Shown here: positions 28,388-40,069 of the stretch, piece after piece | How positions within the stretch are numbered: the stretch's first letter is position 1 | Layout: each line of letters opens with the position of its first letter | Origin: Negativicutes bacterium | GTDB lineage: Bacteria; Bacillota; Negativicutes; UBA1444 | NCBI GenBank assembly: GCA_963665275.2 | Contig: CAXXIN010000009.1 | Span: 32,001-96,000 of the forward strand | DNA: 64,000 bases | Direction: 5' to 3' | Made by a program: the position numbers and the translations under genes | Notes under the pieces: generated by a model | Database searches by the model: none | Seen by the model: the letters and a program-made list of their open reading frames with translations, nothing else | Told to the model about the DNA's origin: nothing

Positions 28388-31177
28388 TCAGCGGGGAATC
28401 TGTTCCATAACGAATGCTTCCACGATATCGCCTTCTTTGATGTCCCTGAATTTTTCCAGGGTAATGCCGCACTCATAGCCAGTAGCGACTTCTTTGACAT
28501 CATCTTTGAAACGACGCAGGGATTCCAGCTTCCCTTCAAAAATAACGATTCCATCTCGAAGCAATCGTACCTGCGAAGTGCTGGTAATTTTTCCTTCCAA
28601 CACATAGGATCCGGCAACGACACCCTTGGGAATATTAAAAACCTGACGGATTTCGACGCGTCCCAGCGTGACTTCGCGGAACTCCGGCGCCAACATGCCG
28701 GTCATGGCGGCTTCAACATCATTGATTGCATCATAGATGACACGATATGTCCGAATATCAACTTTTTCAGCTTCGGCCGCTTTACGGGCATTGGTGTCCG
28801 GTCTGACATTGAAGCCGATGATCAGGGCATTGGATGCCGACGCAAGCATAACATCTGATTCGTTGATAGCGCCCACGCCACTGTGGACGATCATAACACG
28901 CACTTCTTTATTCTTGAGATTCTCAAGCGATTGACGCAGAGCCTCGATTGATCCCTGTACATCCGCCTTGACCAGCAGATTAAGATCCTTGATTTCACCT
29001 GCCTGAATTTGCTGAAACAGATCTTCCAGCGTAACTTTTTGCGCCTGTGAAACCGCATCGGACTTCGTTTTAGCGACTCGCTTTTCAGAAATGGATCGGG
29101 CGGTTTTTTCATCGACGGCTGCCAGAATATCTCCTGCCATAGGTACATCAGACAATCCGATAACCTCAACTGGAGTTGACGGGCCGGCTTTTTTCACTTT
29201 TTCGCCTCGATCATTAGTCATTGCCCGAACTTTACCATAGGCGGTACCGGCAATAATCGTATCCCCGACCCGCAAGGTCCCGTTTTGGACCAACACAGTA
29301 GCCACAGGGCCTTTGCCCTTATCCAGCTCTGCTTCCACAATGGTTCCTACTGCCGGGCGATTGGGATTGGCTTTCAGATCCCGCACTTCGGCAACCAACA
29401 GGATCATTTCAAGTAGATCACTGATACCGGTCTTCTTGACGGCGGACACGGGAACCATGATGGTATCCCCGCCCCATTTCTCGGCGACCAGGCCATATTC
29501 GGTCAATTGCTGCATAACACGCTCCGGATCCGCAGCCGGCATATCCATTTTATTGATGGCGACGATGATCGGAACATTGGCGGATTTTGCATGGTTGATT
29601 GCTTCAATGGTCTGCGGCATGACACCATCATCGGCTGCCACGACCAGTATCGCAATATCCGTCACCTGCGCGCCACGCGCCCGCATTGAAGTGAAGGCTT
29701 CATGACCAGGCGTATCCAGAAAAACAATCTTTTTGCCTTGTTGAACGACTTGGTAAGCTCCGATATGTTGGGTGATACCGCCTGCTTCCTGCGTAGTGAC
29801 ATGAGTCTGACGAATCGAATCCAACAGGGATGTCTTGCCGTGGTCGACGTGACCCATAACGGTTACTACCGGCGAGCGCAATACCAGAGAAGCGGGATCA
29901 TCTTCGATTTCCGGGATGACCGTCGGGTCGATTTCCGGCGGCAGTTCTTCAACTGTTGCGCCGAATTCAGCCGCAATCAGACTGGCAGTATCGAAATCAA
30001 CTTCTTGATTAATGGTTGCCATTACACCAAGCATCATCAATTTTTTAATTACTTCATTGACCTCACGGCCGAGCTTAATCGCCAATTCCTTTACAGAAAG
30101 AGACTCGCCAACCTTGATATGCGTCGGACGGATTGGCTCCGGTTTCGGTGTCTGTGAAGCGCCCTGCCCGAACGAACGCCGGGGTGCTCCCGGGCGACCT
30201 TGTCCCTGATACGGAGGACGATTGCCCCCGGGACGATTTCCAGTAGTTTGCGGGCGATCTCCCCCACCGGTTCGACGATCAGCTTTCTGCCCTGGTCCTT
30301 GTTTCGGAGCAGCGCCAGCGGAAGCACCGGCAAGTGGAGGACGAGCTCCACCCGGCCTGTTCATCGGCGCGGCATCCGGACGGGTAAACGCCGGACGCAG
30401 AGGCTTGTCGCCAACTTTCGCCGGGACGCCTGCCGGTTTGGGTGCAACCCGGTTTTCTGTGGGCCGAACAATCTGAGGGACCGGTTGGCGAATCAGATTG
30501 TTGGGATTAAACGGAGCCGCTGGTCGAAACGGATAATTGGGCGTTCCAACCGGGGTGGCAGGACGTCCTTGTGCGGCAGGTGTGCTGGGAGCCACGACTT
30601 TTTTCTCCACAACTCCGGGAGCAACCTCCGGTGCAGCTGAAACAGTGGTCGAAGCGACAGTCACTGGAGCAACAACAGGCGCCGAGGTAACGGGTGCCTG
30701 CGCGGCAGCCGGCGCGGCAGATGTTGGAACGGCGATCACTGGAGCTGCTGCGGGCGCAGCTGCGGCAGGCACCGCCGGAGTGGCTGCCGTCGGCGCCTGC
30801 ACAGGTGCAAAGTTCGCCGGTCGCGATTCCGCTTGATGCGGCTGAGACGCAAACCCTTGCTCATGCCGAGGTTTCATTGGAGGCCGTTGCTGTCCGCCTC
30901 CACCGTAAAAGACCTTGGGCGGAGCCGGCGGCGCTTTGGGCGGCTCAGGTTTGACAACAGGAATGGCTGCCGTAGCCTTTTTACGCTGTCTTTCACGAAT
31001 TTCCTCCGCCGTGTCCGGTTTCGGTGCAAAGGTACGCACTAAAATCTGATAGGCTTCTTCCTCAATGCTAGCCATGTGATTTTTGGCTGGCATATTATTG
31101 CGATCCAAAATATCCAAAATCAATTTACTAGTAGTGGTAAATTCCTTAGCTAATTCATATACACGGTATTTAGACAT
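28388..31177 (-). CDS. infB: Translation initiation factor IF-2
   Basis: [11 protein letters not shown] start (ATG 31177 after GGAGG), [21 protein letters not shown], and a long Pro/Ala linker. Confidence 0.97.
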   Translation of the reverse strand: MSKYRVYELAKEFTTTSKLILDILDRNNMPAKNHMASIEEEAYQILVRTFAPKPDTAEEIRERQRKKATAAIPVVKPEPPKAPPAPPKVFYGGGGQQRPPMKPRHEQGFASQPHQAESRPANFAPVQAPTAATPAVPAAAAPAAAPVIAVPTSAAPAAAQAPVTSAPVVAPVTVASTTVSAAPEVAPGVVEKKVVAPSTPAAQGRPATPVGTPNYPFRPAAPFNPNNLIRQPVPQIVRPTENRVAPKPAGVPAKVGDKPLRPAFTRPDAAPMNRPGGARPPLAGASAGAAPKQGPGQKADRRTGGGDRPQTTGNRPGGNRPPYQGQGRPGAPRRSFGQGASQTPKPEPIRPTHIKVGESLSVKELAIKLGREVNEVIKKLMMLGVMATINQEVDFDTASLIAAEFGATVEELPPEIDPTVIPEIEDDPASLVLRSPVVTVMGHVDHGKTSLLDSIRQTHVTTQEAGGITQHIGAYQVVQQGKKIVFLDTPGHEAFTSMRARGAQVTDIAILVVAADDGVMPQTIEAINHAKSANVPIIVAINKMDMPAADPERVMQQLTEYGLVAEKWGGDTIMVPVSAVKKTGISDLLEMILLVAEVRDLKANPNRPAVGTIVEAELDKGKGPVATVLVQNGTLRVGDTIIAGTAYGKVRAMTNDRGEKVKKAGPSTPVEVIGLSDVPMAGDILAAVDEKTARSISEKRVAKTKSDAVSQAQKVTLEDLFQQIQAGEIKDLNLLVKADVQGSIEALRQSLENLKNKEVRVMIVHSGVGAINESDVMLASASNALIIGFNVRPDTNARKAAEAEKVDIRTYRVIYDAINDVEAAMTGMLAPEFREVTLGRVEIRQVFNIPKGVVAGSYVLEGKITSTSQVRLLRDGIVIFEGKLESLRRFKDDVKEVATGYECGITLEKFRDIKEGDIVEAFVMEQIPR

Positions 31178-31202
31178 TACATCGCCTCCAATAAGTTCTC
31201 CG

Positions 31203-31517
31203 TCAGACGCCGTCAGATGAGACCATGCGCCGTAGGGAGCTGGCAAATCCGATATCGTTGATGGCAAGTGCCGCTTTGGGACTTTTCCCAACAGCATTCC
31301 CCAGTTGCAGTTTCGACAAAATTTTAATCATCGGGGTCCCGGTTTCCTCAACCATGATATTGAGGCGTTTCTGTGTTTCGGTCGCCGTATCGGCGGCAAT
31401 CAACAAGAGTTTGCAGCGACCGGACAACAATGCCTTTTCAGTCTGCATCGCTCCAGAAGCCACGAATCCGGCTCGATGAGCCAGCCCCAGCAATCCCAGA
31501 AGTTTATCTTCATTCAT
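31203..31517 (-). CDS. ylxQ: L7Ae family RNA-binding protein
   Basis: [12 protein letters not shown]...LLLIAADT...LGNAVGK...DIGFA, located between ylxR and infB. Confidence 0.88.
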   Translation of the reverse strand: MNEDKLLGLLGLAHRAGFVASGAMQTEKALLSGRCKLLLIAADTATETQKRLNIMVEETGTPMIKILSKLQLGNAVGKSPKAALAINDIGFASSLRRMVSSDGV

Positions 31518-31782
31518 GGGGATCAAGCTGCGCTTTCAAAATATCATAAACAGCGGACGGCACAGAGGTTTTCAACGCTCTGTCCAATCCTTTGGCAGTG
31601 CAGGCCCGTTTGATGCATTCGGCATTACGACAGACATATCCGCCTCGACCGGGTGCTTTGCCTGTGGGATCGATAACAACTTCTCCGGCAGGCGTCCGCA
31701 CGATGCGAACCAAGATTTTTTTATCCTGAAAGGTCTGGCAGCCGCTGCATAAACGTTGAGGCGTTTTCTTCGGTTTGATCAT
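31510..31782 (-). CDS. ylxR: YlxR/DUF448 family protein
   Basis: PQRLCSGC...LVRIVRTP...GKAPGRGGYVC. Confidence 0.92.
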   Translation of the reverse strand: MIKPKKTPQRLCSGCQTFQDKKILVRIVRTPAGEVVIDPTGKAPGRGGYVCRNAECIKRACTAKGLDRALKTSVPSAVYDILKAQLDPHE

Positions 31783-32843
31783 GACTCGTCTGAAGCTCCC
31801 TGCATCATCAAGGCTTGTGTTTCGCTCTTGATATCGATCTTCCAGCCCGTCAATTTAGCAGCCAGCCGTGCATTTTGACCTTCCCGTCCAATTGCGAGGG
31901 AAAGTTGATAATCAGGCACGATGACACGTGAAGACTTTTCATCCTCAAAAACTTCTACGGCAATAACTTTGGCCGGGCTCAAAGCATTAGCGATATATTC
32001 GTCAGGATTTTCACTCCAGCGAACAACATCGATTTTTTCGCCCCGCAATTCATTGACAATCATCTGGACCCGCAGGCCTTTGTGACCTACGCAAGCTCCA
32101 ACCGGATCAACATTCTCATCGGCTGAATGAACCGCAATTTTAGAACGCAAGCCTGGTTCACGGGCTACCGATTTAATTTCTACAATCCCATCATGAATTT
32201 CCGGGACCTCGAGTTCAAACAGCCGCCGCAAGAGGCCGGGATGGGTTCGTGAGAGCATAATCTGGGGGCCCTTCGGCAGTTTTTTCACTTCAACGATATA
32301 GGTTTTAATCCGATCTCCATATCGATAGGGTTCGCCATTGATTTGCTCTGTGGGCAACAAAACAGCCTCTGCTTTGCCAAGGTCGACGAAAACCTGTCGC
32401 TGTTCAATCCGCTGAACAACACCTGTCACGATATCGTTTTCACGGTTGGAGTATTCGTCATATACCAAGCTTCTTTCCGCTTCACGAATACGCTGCACGA
32501 CCACTTGTTTGGCAGTTTGCGCCGCAATTCGGCCGAAATCTTTCGGAGTGACTTCCTGTTCGACGATATCACCGACCTGATACGTTACATCGACAGCCTT
32601 GGCATCCGCCAATGATATCTCCTGCTTGGAATCCGTGACATCCTCGACTACGTCTTTTCTGGAATAGACATGAATCGACCCCGTTTCACGGTCCATAGCC
32701 ACGCGGACATTCTGAACCGTGCCGAAATTACGTTTGTAAGCCGAAATAAGCGCTGCTTCTACAGCTTCAAACAGGACTTCGGTTGCAATCCCCCGCTCCC
32801 GTGCCAATTGTTCAAATGCTGCTAAAAGTTCTGTACTCACCAA
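31779..32843 (-). CDS. nusA: Transcription factor NusA
   Basis: FGRIAAQTAKQV, AREPGLRSKIAV, SLAIGREGQNARLAAKLTGWKIDIK. The start may be the GTG at 32840. Confidence 0.97.
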   Translation of the reverse strand: MVSTELLAAFEQLARERGIATEVLFEAVEAALISAYKRNFGTVQNVRVAMDRETGSIHVYSRKDVVEDVTDSKQEISLADAKAVDVTYQVGDIVEQEVTPKDFGRIAAQTAKQVVVQRIREAERSLVYDEYSNRENDIVTGVVQRIEQRQVFVDLGKAEAVLLPTEQINGEPYRYGDRIKTYIVEVKKLPKGPQIMLSRTHPGLLRRLFELEVPEIHDGIVEIKSVAREPGLRSKIAVHSADENVDPVGACVGHKGLRVQMIVNELRGEKIDVVRWSENPDEYIANALSPAKVIAVEVFEDEKSSRVIVPDYQLSLAIGREGQNARLAAKLTGWKIDIKSETQALMMQGASDES

Positions 32844-32857
32844 GACGCCTCCTAAGT

Positions 32858-33331
32858 CTATTTTTTTGTTTGTCCCATCGAAACATGCAATCTTACTTGT
32901 GCAATTTCTTCCATAGGATAAAACTGATCCTGTTCATTAACATTTAAGCAGACCATTCCATCCTTGCGCCCCTTCAGGGTTGCCGTTAATTGTTTGACAC
33001 CGGCTTTAGGCTGGAAAAACTTCACATCTACCAAATGACCCGCATAACGCACGTAATCCTTGTCTCGCCGCAGAACACGATCCAGCCCAGGCGAAGAGAC
33101 TTCCAGATAATAAGCCTGTTTTAGGAAATCCAGTTCATCAAAAACAGGCTCCAATTTTCGGCTTAATTGCTCGCAGTCCTCAATCCCTATCCCGCCAAGC
33201 TTATCAATGAATATTCGCAGATACCATTCTCGTTCCTGCACATATTCAACATCCACAAGTTCAAGCTCGGATTCTTGCACCAAGGGCTCCACAATTTCAG
33301 CGATCTTATCTTCAATTTCTGCTCGTGTCAT
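32858..33331 (-). CDS. rimP: Ribosome maturation factor RimP
   Basis: LRIFIDK..GIGIEDCEQLSR, YYLEVSSPGLDR; ATG at 33331 after GGAGG. Confidence 0.95.
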   Translation of the reverse strand: MTRAEIEDKIAEIVEPLVQESELELVDVEYVQEREWYLRIFIDKLGGIGIEDCEQLSRKLEPVFDELDFLKQAYYLEVSSPGLDRVLRRDKDYVRYAGHLVDVKFFQPKAGVKQLTATLKGRKDGMVCLNVNEQDQFYPMEEIAQVRLHVSMGQTKK

Positions 33332-33355
33332 CGGACACTCCCTCCAAATTACGCG

Positions 33356-33382
33356 GAAAGAGTGGGCAGTACCCACTCTTTC
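33356..33382 (-). promoter_or_regulatory. rimP-nusA leader hairpin (attenuator-like)
   Basis: Perfect 11-bp inverted repeat GAAAGAGTGGG-N5-CCCACTCTTTC with a weak U-tract. This hairpin type precedes ylxS/rimP in Firmicutes. Confidence 0.7.
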
Positions 33383-33408
33383 ACCAGCTTCCACAATTCT
33401 TCAAATTG

Positions 33409-33437
33409 ATTATATCATCCCAAAAACGATTTTACAA
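33409..33437 (-). promoter_or_regulatory. Sigma-A promoter of the rimP-nusA-infB operon
   Basis: Minus strand TTGTAA-N17-TATAAT with an extended TG. Confidence 0.7.
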
Positions 33438-33561
33438 CAGCTTATGGTTTGGGATAGCCGGTTTGTCCCGAAAATTATTAACATGTAAGGTTATTCAGAT
33501 GACCCTGTTCTGGGTAGGTTCATTTTCTGACAAAGTTTATCTTCATCTAGTTGTGTTTATG

Positions 33562-36500
33562 CTACCCGAACAGCTGAAGTTGATCCGATTCGGGGAGCCC
33601 CGACAGACAGCCATGCTGAGCGAGTATTTCCAATACGCTTTTGGAAGCATGACCTCGGATGCGGATATCCTCCTGCGAAGAAAAAGGACGCTCCTTCCGA
33701 GCAGCCACAATGTTTTCCGCAACGGCGGCGCCCAGACCGGGTAATGCAGCAAGCGGCGGCAACAGCGACGATCCGCTGATGAGAAATTCATCCACGGCGG
33801 AGTGATACAAATCGACCGGCAAAAAGGTGAAGCCCCGCATCACCATTTCCCTTGCAGTTTCAATCACAGCAATCTTGGCTTTTTCCTTGGCTGTTGCGTC
33901 TTTTCCCTTCGAGTCCAATTCCTTGATAACCGTCATTAGGCCGGCTTCACCGAGTACGGCCGCCGCCGCGTCGAAGTCCTCCGCCCTGATTGTAAAGTAA
34001 GCTGCATAGAAAGCCAACGGTTGGTAGACCTTGAACCAGGCGATGCGAAACGCCATCATAACATAAGCTACGGCATGAGCTTTGGGAAACATGTATTTTA
34101 TTTTCTGGCAGGATTGGATGAACCAGTCCTGCACTCCCTGGTCCTTCATGGCCTGGACTTGCTGCGGCTTCACGCCTTTGCCTTTGCGGACGCTTTCCAT
34201 GATATCGAAAGAAGTTTTGGGTGCAACGCCCTTATGGATCAGGGTCAACATGATGTCGTCGCGGGCAGAAATTGCTTCCGATAAGGTGGCTTCCTTTTCC
34301 CGAATCAGATCCTGCGCATTATTGACCCAAACATCCGTCCCATGCGAGAATCCGCTAATCCGGACCAGTTCACTGAATCTGGCAGGTCGGGTTTCTTCGA
34401 GCATTTGGCGCACGAAGCGGGTGCCGAATTCAGGAATCCCGAGCGTCCCCACCGAACTTTTCAGCTGCGCAGCCGTCAAGCCCAAAGCTTCCGTAGAAAA
34501 AAACAGACTCATCGTCTTCTGATCGTCAAAAGGAACTTTTTTCGCATCCAGTCCGGTTAACCGCTCCAGCATCCGGATAACGGTCGGATCGTCATGGCCG
34601 AGAATATCCAGCTTTACCAGGCGGCTGCTGATCGAATGATAATCAAAATGGGTCGTGACTGTGCCGGAGGTTCGATCATCAGCCGGGTGCTGGATCGGAG
34701 TGAAATGATGCACATCCATATGTCGGGGCACTACCATGATGCCGCCCGGATGCTGTCCGGTAGTTTTCTTGACTCCGGCGCATCCACGTACCAGACGGTT
34801 GATGTTGGCATTGGTTCCCGGCAATTTTCGTTCATCCAGATAGTTCTTCACGTAACCAAAAGCGGTACGCTCAGCGATCGTACTGATCGTGCCGGCTCGA
34901 AACACGTTATCTCTGCCAAACAATTCTTCCGTATACTTGTGTGCGACAGACTGATAATCGCCGGAAAAATTCAGGTCGATATCAGGAACCTTATCTCCCT
35001 CAAAACCCATAAATACAGCAAAGGGAATATTATGTCCATCTTTCGCCAGTTCTACTCCGCACTGAGGACAGTTCCTGTCAGGCAGATCGAATCCACCGCC
35101 GTAGGTTCCGGCGTCAGCGAATTCATTGTATTTACAATCCGGGCAACGCCAATGCGGCGGCAACGGATTCACTTCGGTAATTCCAGTCATGGTTGCCACG
35201 AAGGAGGACCCGACTGATCCCCGAGAGCCTACAAGGTAACCATCGTCTGTAGATTTCTTCACCAGTTTGTGCGCGATCAGGTACAAGACACCAAAGCCGT
35301 TGTTGATGATGGAGTCCAGTTCCAGTTTTAAACGATCCGCCACTATTTCCGGCAGCGGCTCGCCGTACAGTTCTCTGGCCCGCTCAAACGACATATTGCG
35401 GATATCCGCATCCGCTCCCGGGATATCCGGCGAATACAGCCCATCCGGGATCGGTTGCAGCTTTTCAATTGAATCGGCGATCTGTTGGGGAGCATTGACC
35501 ACCACTTCTTCGGCCAGTTCTTGGCCCAGATAGGAAAACTCAGCCAACATTTCCTCCGTGGTTCTGAAATATAATGGCGCCTGCAGGTCCGCATCATCGT
35601 ATTTTTGTCCACTCATAAGAATTCTACGGTAAATTTCGTCCTCAGGACGCAGGAAATGAACATCACAGGTCGCAGCTACCGGCTTCCCAAGATTTTTGCC
35701 GATTTCACATATTTTACGATTATAATTTTGCAGTTCTGCTTCGTCCGAAACCTGCCCTTTACGGATCAAAAACTGGTTATTGCCGCAGGGTTGGATCTCC
35801 AGGTAGTCATAAAACGAGGCGATTCTCCCCAATTCATCCATTGAAGCACCGTTCAGCATCGCCCGGTACAACTCGCCGGCCTCACAGGCCGAGCCCAGGA
35901 CCAGACCCTCACGAAACTCCATCAGCGCCGAACGCGGAATGCGGGGCGTCCGGTGAAAATATTTGATATGCGCCAGGGAAACCAGGCGGTACAGATTGCG
36001 AAGCCCCATGGTATTGCGGGCCAGAATGATGATGTGATTGCTTTGACTGATATCTTCGTCGAAAAGGTATCCTTCCATGCCGTAAATGACTTTGATCTTG
36101 CTTTTGTGCGCCAAGTCCTGCGCAGCTGGAAAAGCCTGAACGACTCCATGATCGGTGATGGCCACGGCCGAGTGTCCGTACCTTTCCGCCGTCCGAATAA
36201 GTTTTTCAACCGATACGACAGAATCCATCGTGCTCATCTGCGTATGGGCATGCAACTCCACTCGCTTACGCGGGCGGTCATCCGTCTTGAGCTCGGTAGT
36301 GGTCTTGGTTACATTGTCAGCCTGTACTACGAGTTCCCGAACGTACTTGTCGAACATCGCCGAGCCTTTGACTTTAACCGTAGTCCCATTTTTCAGTGCT
36401 TCTGTTTTTTGTCTGGCATCAGCAATATTTTCAAAATAGGCTTTGCAGCTAATGGCACTCGTTTCGTCTTCAATATTAAATGACATCAAACAACGTCCAC

Positions 36501-37224
36501 TTTTCAGTTCCTTCAGTTCGAAGTCATTGACTATTCCCTGTACTGCCACTCCGCGCTGTTCTTCAAAAATTTCGCGAATCTCCATTAACTTTCCTTTGAC
36601 GAGCGAACCAATAACGGCCTTCTCAGCACTGCCGCCTGCAGACCCTTCACTTGACGAAGCACTGCCAGTTTCCTGCGGCAAGGACTGCAGCTGGCAATCC
36701 AGTTCGTCATAGCAGACGGAATCCTCCTCTACCAGCACCCGTAGTTGAATGTTCACGCCAAATTTTTCATGGATATAAGCGGAAAATTTCACCTCAAAGT
36801 CTTCGCGTTCAAGCAAATCAAGTTCCAACGAGCGCCGGAGAGTTATAGAAAGAGTTGAGCCGCTCCATTGCCAGGACGAGGCAATCAGCGCCCTGCTCGC
36901 CAACGGCGTAGCATGGGGAAATTCGCAGACAAGCTGCTCTTTTTGATCACAGATCGAGGCCGCTTCAGGCAGGATCTGTTGCGCGATCTCCAGGGTTGCA
37001 AGGCATGTAGCTTCCCGCAAAAATCCGGTTACCTGATTAAGGTCGTCATCCCGCAACGCTTCCGGGACGACGAGAACCAGCCGGCACCTTCCTGTCCGGG
37101 TATCCATTGAAATAGTATCCACACGGCTACGTTTCAAAACTAACCCAGCAGCTGCCGATAACGGCAGCTGCTGGGTTAGTTTGCTCAAAATCAGTTTATC
37201 ATCAGGCGCAATACAATAGCTCAA
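33562..37224 (-). CDS. polC: DNA polymerase III PolC-type alpha subunit lacking the inserted exonuclease domain
   Basis: OB fold, PHP (RVELHAHTQMS, AITDHG), GSRGSVGSS, zinc finger CPDC..CPQC, KVPDIDLNF, TTGQHPGG, YMFPKAHA; only 1220 aa. Confidence 0.96.
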   Translation of the reverse strand: MSYCIAPDDKLILSKLTQQLPLSAAAGLVLKRSRVDTISMDTRTGRCRLVLVVPEALRDDDLNQVTGFLREATCLATLEIAQQILPEAASICDQKEQLVCEFPHATPLASRALIASSWQWSGSTLSITLRRSLELDLLEREDFEVKFSAYIHEKFGVNIQLRVLVEEDSVCYDELDCQLQSLPQETGSASSSEGSAGGSAEKAVIGSLVKGKLMEIREIFEEQRGVAVQGIVNDFELKELKSGRCLMSFNIEDETSAISCKAYFENIADARQKTEALKNGTTVKVKGSAMFDKYVRELVVQADNVTKTTTELKTDDRPRKRVELHAHTQMSTMDSVVSVEKLIRTAERYGHSAVAITDHGVVQAFPAAQDLAHKSKIKVIYGMEGYLFDEDISQSNHIIILARNTMGLRNLYRLVSLAHIKYFHRTPRIPRSALMEFREGLVLGSACEAGELYRAMLNGASMDELGRIASFYDYLEIQPCGNNQFLIRKGQVSDEAELQNYNRKICEIGKNLGKPVAATCDVHFLRPEDEIYRRILMSGQKYDDADLQAPLYFRTTEEMLAEFSYLGQELAEEVVVNAPQQIADSIEKLQPIPDGLYSPDIPGADADIRNMSFERARELYGEPLPEIVADRLKLELDSIINNGFGVLYLIAHKLVKKSTDDGYLVGSRGSVGSSFVATMTGITEVNPLPPHWRCPDCKYNEFADAGTYGGGFDLPDRNCPQCGVELAKDGHNIPFAVFMGFEGDKVPDIDLNFSGDYQSVAHKYTEELFGRDNVFRAGTISTIAERTAFGYVKNYLDERKLPGTNANINRLVRGCAGVKKTTGQHPGGIMVVPRHMDVHHFTPIQHPADDRTSGTVTTHFDYHSISSRLVKLDILGHDDPTVIRMLERLTGLDAKKVPFDDQKTMSLFFSTEALGLTAAQLKSSVGTLGIPEFGTRFVRQMLEETRPARFSELVRISGFSHGTDVWVNNAQDLIREKEATLSEAISARDDIMLTLIHKGVAPKTSFDIMESVRKGKGVKPQQVQAMKDQGVQDWFIQSCQKIKYMFPKAHAVAYVMMAFRIAWFKVYQPLAFYAAYFTIRAEDFDAAAAVLGEAGLMTVIKELDSKGKDATAKEKAKIAVIETAREMVMRGFTFLPVDLYHSAVDEFLISGSSLLPPLAALPGLGAAVAENIVAARKERPFSSQEDIRIRGHASKSVLEILAQHGCLSGLPESDQLQLFG

Positions 37225-37267
37225 AATTCAAATTCTCCAAAACCCGAAGACACCGCAAATGCCAAAA

Positions 37268-38971
37268 TCACAAAGTTTCAAGCAATTTGCAAATGCTTTC
37301 GATATGCTTTCCCAAGGGATAGAGGCAGGTTTCTTTCGTTCGGCGCACTTTGACTTCAACTGCATTTTCCTTCAAAGCCTTGGGGCCAACAGTAATCCTT
37401 AGCGGGTAACCGATCAGGTCAGCATCCTTGAACTTGACACCGGATCGCTCGTCCCGATCATCGAACACCACTTCAATGCCGGCTGCCATCAACTCTTCAT
37501 ACAACTGGTTACAAAGCGACATCTGCGCTTCATCCTTGGTGTTTATGGGTACGATCACGACCGCATAGGGTGCGATCGAAGCGGGCCAAATGATTCCATC
37601 GTCATCGTGATGCTGTTCGATCGCTGCCGCCATTGTCCGGCTGACGCCTACACCATAGCACCCCATCACCATCAGATTTTCCTGGCCATTTTCATCCAAA
37701 TAAGAGGCATCCAGTGCTTGAGAATATTTGGTATGAAGCTTGAACACCTGGCCCACTTCGATTCCCCTGGCTGTCTTCACAGGCGCACCGCATCGGGGGC
37801 AAGGATCGGATTCTTTGATCAGCCGCAGGTCGGCAACTTTATCCACCTTGAAATCCCGGGACGGCGAAACATTGACATGGTGTTGGTCAACAGAATTGGC
37901 GCCGCATGCAGCATTCACCAGGTTCATGACACTGGCGTCAGCAACCACCAAAACATCCGACAAACCCACGGGACCGAGATAACCCGGCATACTGCGGAAC
38001 GAATCTCGAATATCAGTTTCATTGGCAAGGTCCAGCTGAAGTACGTTAAGAAGATTGGACAGTTTGATCTCATTGACTTCGTGATCACCCCGCACCAACG
38101 CCAACACCGGACCTTTTTCCGTCATATAGGCGAGTGACTTGATCAGACGGTCCGAAGCCATGGATAAGAATTGAGCCACTTCCAGAATTGTCCGCTGTCC
38201 CGGCGTCGACCGAGTTTCCATGGGCAATGCAGCTTCACCGGATGATGGAAGCGGCAAGAGTTCTGCTTTTTCCACATTCGCTGCATAATCACAACTCTCA
38301 CAGTAGGCAATAGCCGCTTCGCCAGAATCAGCCAACACCATGAACTCATGGGTTCCGCTGCCACCAATAGCACCCGGATCCGCCTCAACCGGACGGAAAG
38401 TCAGCCCACAACGAGTAAAAATCCGCGTGTAGGCATCATACATTTTTTTATAACTGATATCCAGTCCGGCTGCATCACGGTCAAAGGAATAAAGATCTTT
38501 CATGATAAATTCGCGTCCACGCATCAGGCCAAAACGCGGACGAATCTCGTCACGATATTTATTTTGAATTTGGTACACTAGCAAGGGCAATTGCCGATAG
38601 GAGCGAACATCCGATTTCACTAATGTCGTCACCATTTCTTCATGTGTCGGCCCGAGGCAAAAATCACGCTGGTGACGGTCCTTCAAACGGAACATCTCAT
38701 CGCCGTAAACATCCCAGCGGCCGGTCTGCTGCCATATTTCAGCCGGTTGAACAATCGGCATGGCGATTTCTTGTCCGCCCTTGGCATCCATTTCTTCCCG
38801 CACGATCTGTTCGATCTTGCGCAAAGTCCGCCACGCCAGAGGCAAATACGAATAAACGCCGCCTGTAGCCTTACGGATCATGCCTGCCCGCAGCATCAAC
38901 TGATGACTTACCACCTCAGCTTCAGCAGGAACCTCCCGCAATGTCGGCGCGTATAAATGTGACATTTTCAT
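37268..38971 (-). CDS. proS: Proline--tRNA ligase
   Basis: [23 protein letters not shown], insertion editing domain, [18 protein letters not shown]. Confidence 0.97.
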   Translation of the reverse strand: MKMSHLYAPTLREVPAEAEVVSHQLMLRAGMIRKATGGVYSYLPLAWRTLRKIEQIVREEMDAKGGQEIAMPIVQPAEIWQQTGRWDVYGDEMFRLKDRHQRDFCLGPTHEEMVTTLVKSDVRSYRQLPLLVYQIQNKYRDEIRPRFGLMRGREFIMKDLYSFDRDAAGLDISYKKMYDAYTRIFTRCGLTFRPVEADPGAIGGSGTHEFMVLADSGEAAIAYCESCDYAANVEKAELLPLPSSGEAALPMETRSTPGQRTILEVAQFLSMASDRLIKSLAYMTEKGPVLALVRGDHEVNEIKLSNLLNVLQLDLANETDIRDSFRSMPGYLGPVGLSDVLVVADASVMNLVNAACGANSVDQHHVNVSPSRDFKVDKVADLRLIKESDPCPRCGAPVKTARGIEVGQVFKLHTKYSQALDASYLDENGQENLMVMGCYGVGVSRTMAAAIEQHHDDDGIIWPASIAPYAVVIVPINTKDEAQMSLCNQLYEELMAAGIEVVFDDRDERSGVKFKDADLIGYPLRITVGPKALKENAVEVKVRRTKETCLYPLGKHIESICKLLETL

Positions 38972-40057
38972 TCCAATACATCCCCCTTGTCAAGTCGGTC
39001 CATTTCTGCGAAGAGCGCTTCCGCCAGCTGATCTTCCGGCACTTTGGCAATAATCTGTCCTTTTCGAAACAAAATTCCTTCCCCTTTGCCCCCGGCTATG
39101 CCGATATCGGCTTCCCGAGCCTCTCCTGGTCCATTAACAACACAGCCCATCACCGCAACCGTCATTGGACGGGACAGAGAACCCAGACGTTCCTCCACTT
39201 TCGTAGCCAGCGAAATTAGATCAATGTTGCAGCGTCCGCAGGTCGGGCACGATACCAATGTTGGCGTAAAACGCCGCAATCCGAGCGATTGAAGAATATC
39301 CCGCGCGACCCGGACTTCTTCGACCGGATCCGCCGTGAGAGAAACCCTGATCGTATCGCCAATGCCTTCTGCAAGCAGCGCGCCAATCCCAACCGATGAC
39401 TTGATGATGCCGACTCTTGGCGTACCAGCCTCAGTGACCCCCAAATGCAGGGGATAGCTGACCCGCTCAGACATCAGACGATAGGACTGAATTGTCAGGG
39501 GGAACATCATTAGCTTTCAATGAAATCTTTATGTCATAAAAATCTAACTGTTCGAGAATGGCCACATGCCGCAGCGCACTCTCGACCAACCCCTCGGCCG
39601 TTGCGTGGCCGCCATGTCTGGCAAGTATCTCATTATCCAGTGACCCGGCATTCACGCCGATACGAATGGGAATCGCTTTTTCTTTGGCGGCTCGGACAAC
39701 TGCCCGGACTTGTTCTTGATCGGTGATGTTGCCTGGATTGAGACGCAGGGCGTCTATTCCCCTAGTGATAGTTTCCAAAGCCAAGCGATAGTCAAAATGA
39801 ATATCCGCAACGACTGGAATTCCCACCGATTCTTTAATGGTTGAAACAGCCTGAGCTGCAGCCATATCGGGGATTGCAACACGGACAATTTCACAGCCCA
39901 CTGCTTCCAGCTGCCGAATCTGGTTAATGGTGGCAACATAGTCGGAAGTCTTGGTGGTCGTCATGGACTGCACAGAAACCGGATTATCGCCGCCTACGGC
40001 AATTTTTCCGACGTGCAGAACCCGTTTCAGTTTGCGTTCAGAAGAAAAATCCATCAA
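38968..40057 (-). CDS. ispG: HMBPP synthase IspG, split by one frameshift (probable sequencing error)
   Basis: [26 protein letters not shown] in one frame; [10 protein letters not shown] and SCPTCGR in another. One extra base in the G5 run at 39498-39502. Confidence 0.93.
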
Positions 40058-40069
40058 TTCAACACCCCG

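Noticed and set aside
33440-33560. ~120-nt intergenic stretch between polC and the rimP promoter with weak stems
   Set aside because: No recognisable RNA motif, repeat, insertion-sequence end or ORF with an RBS; not enough evidence.
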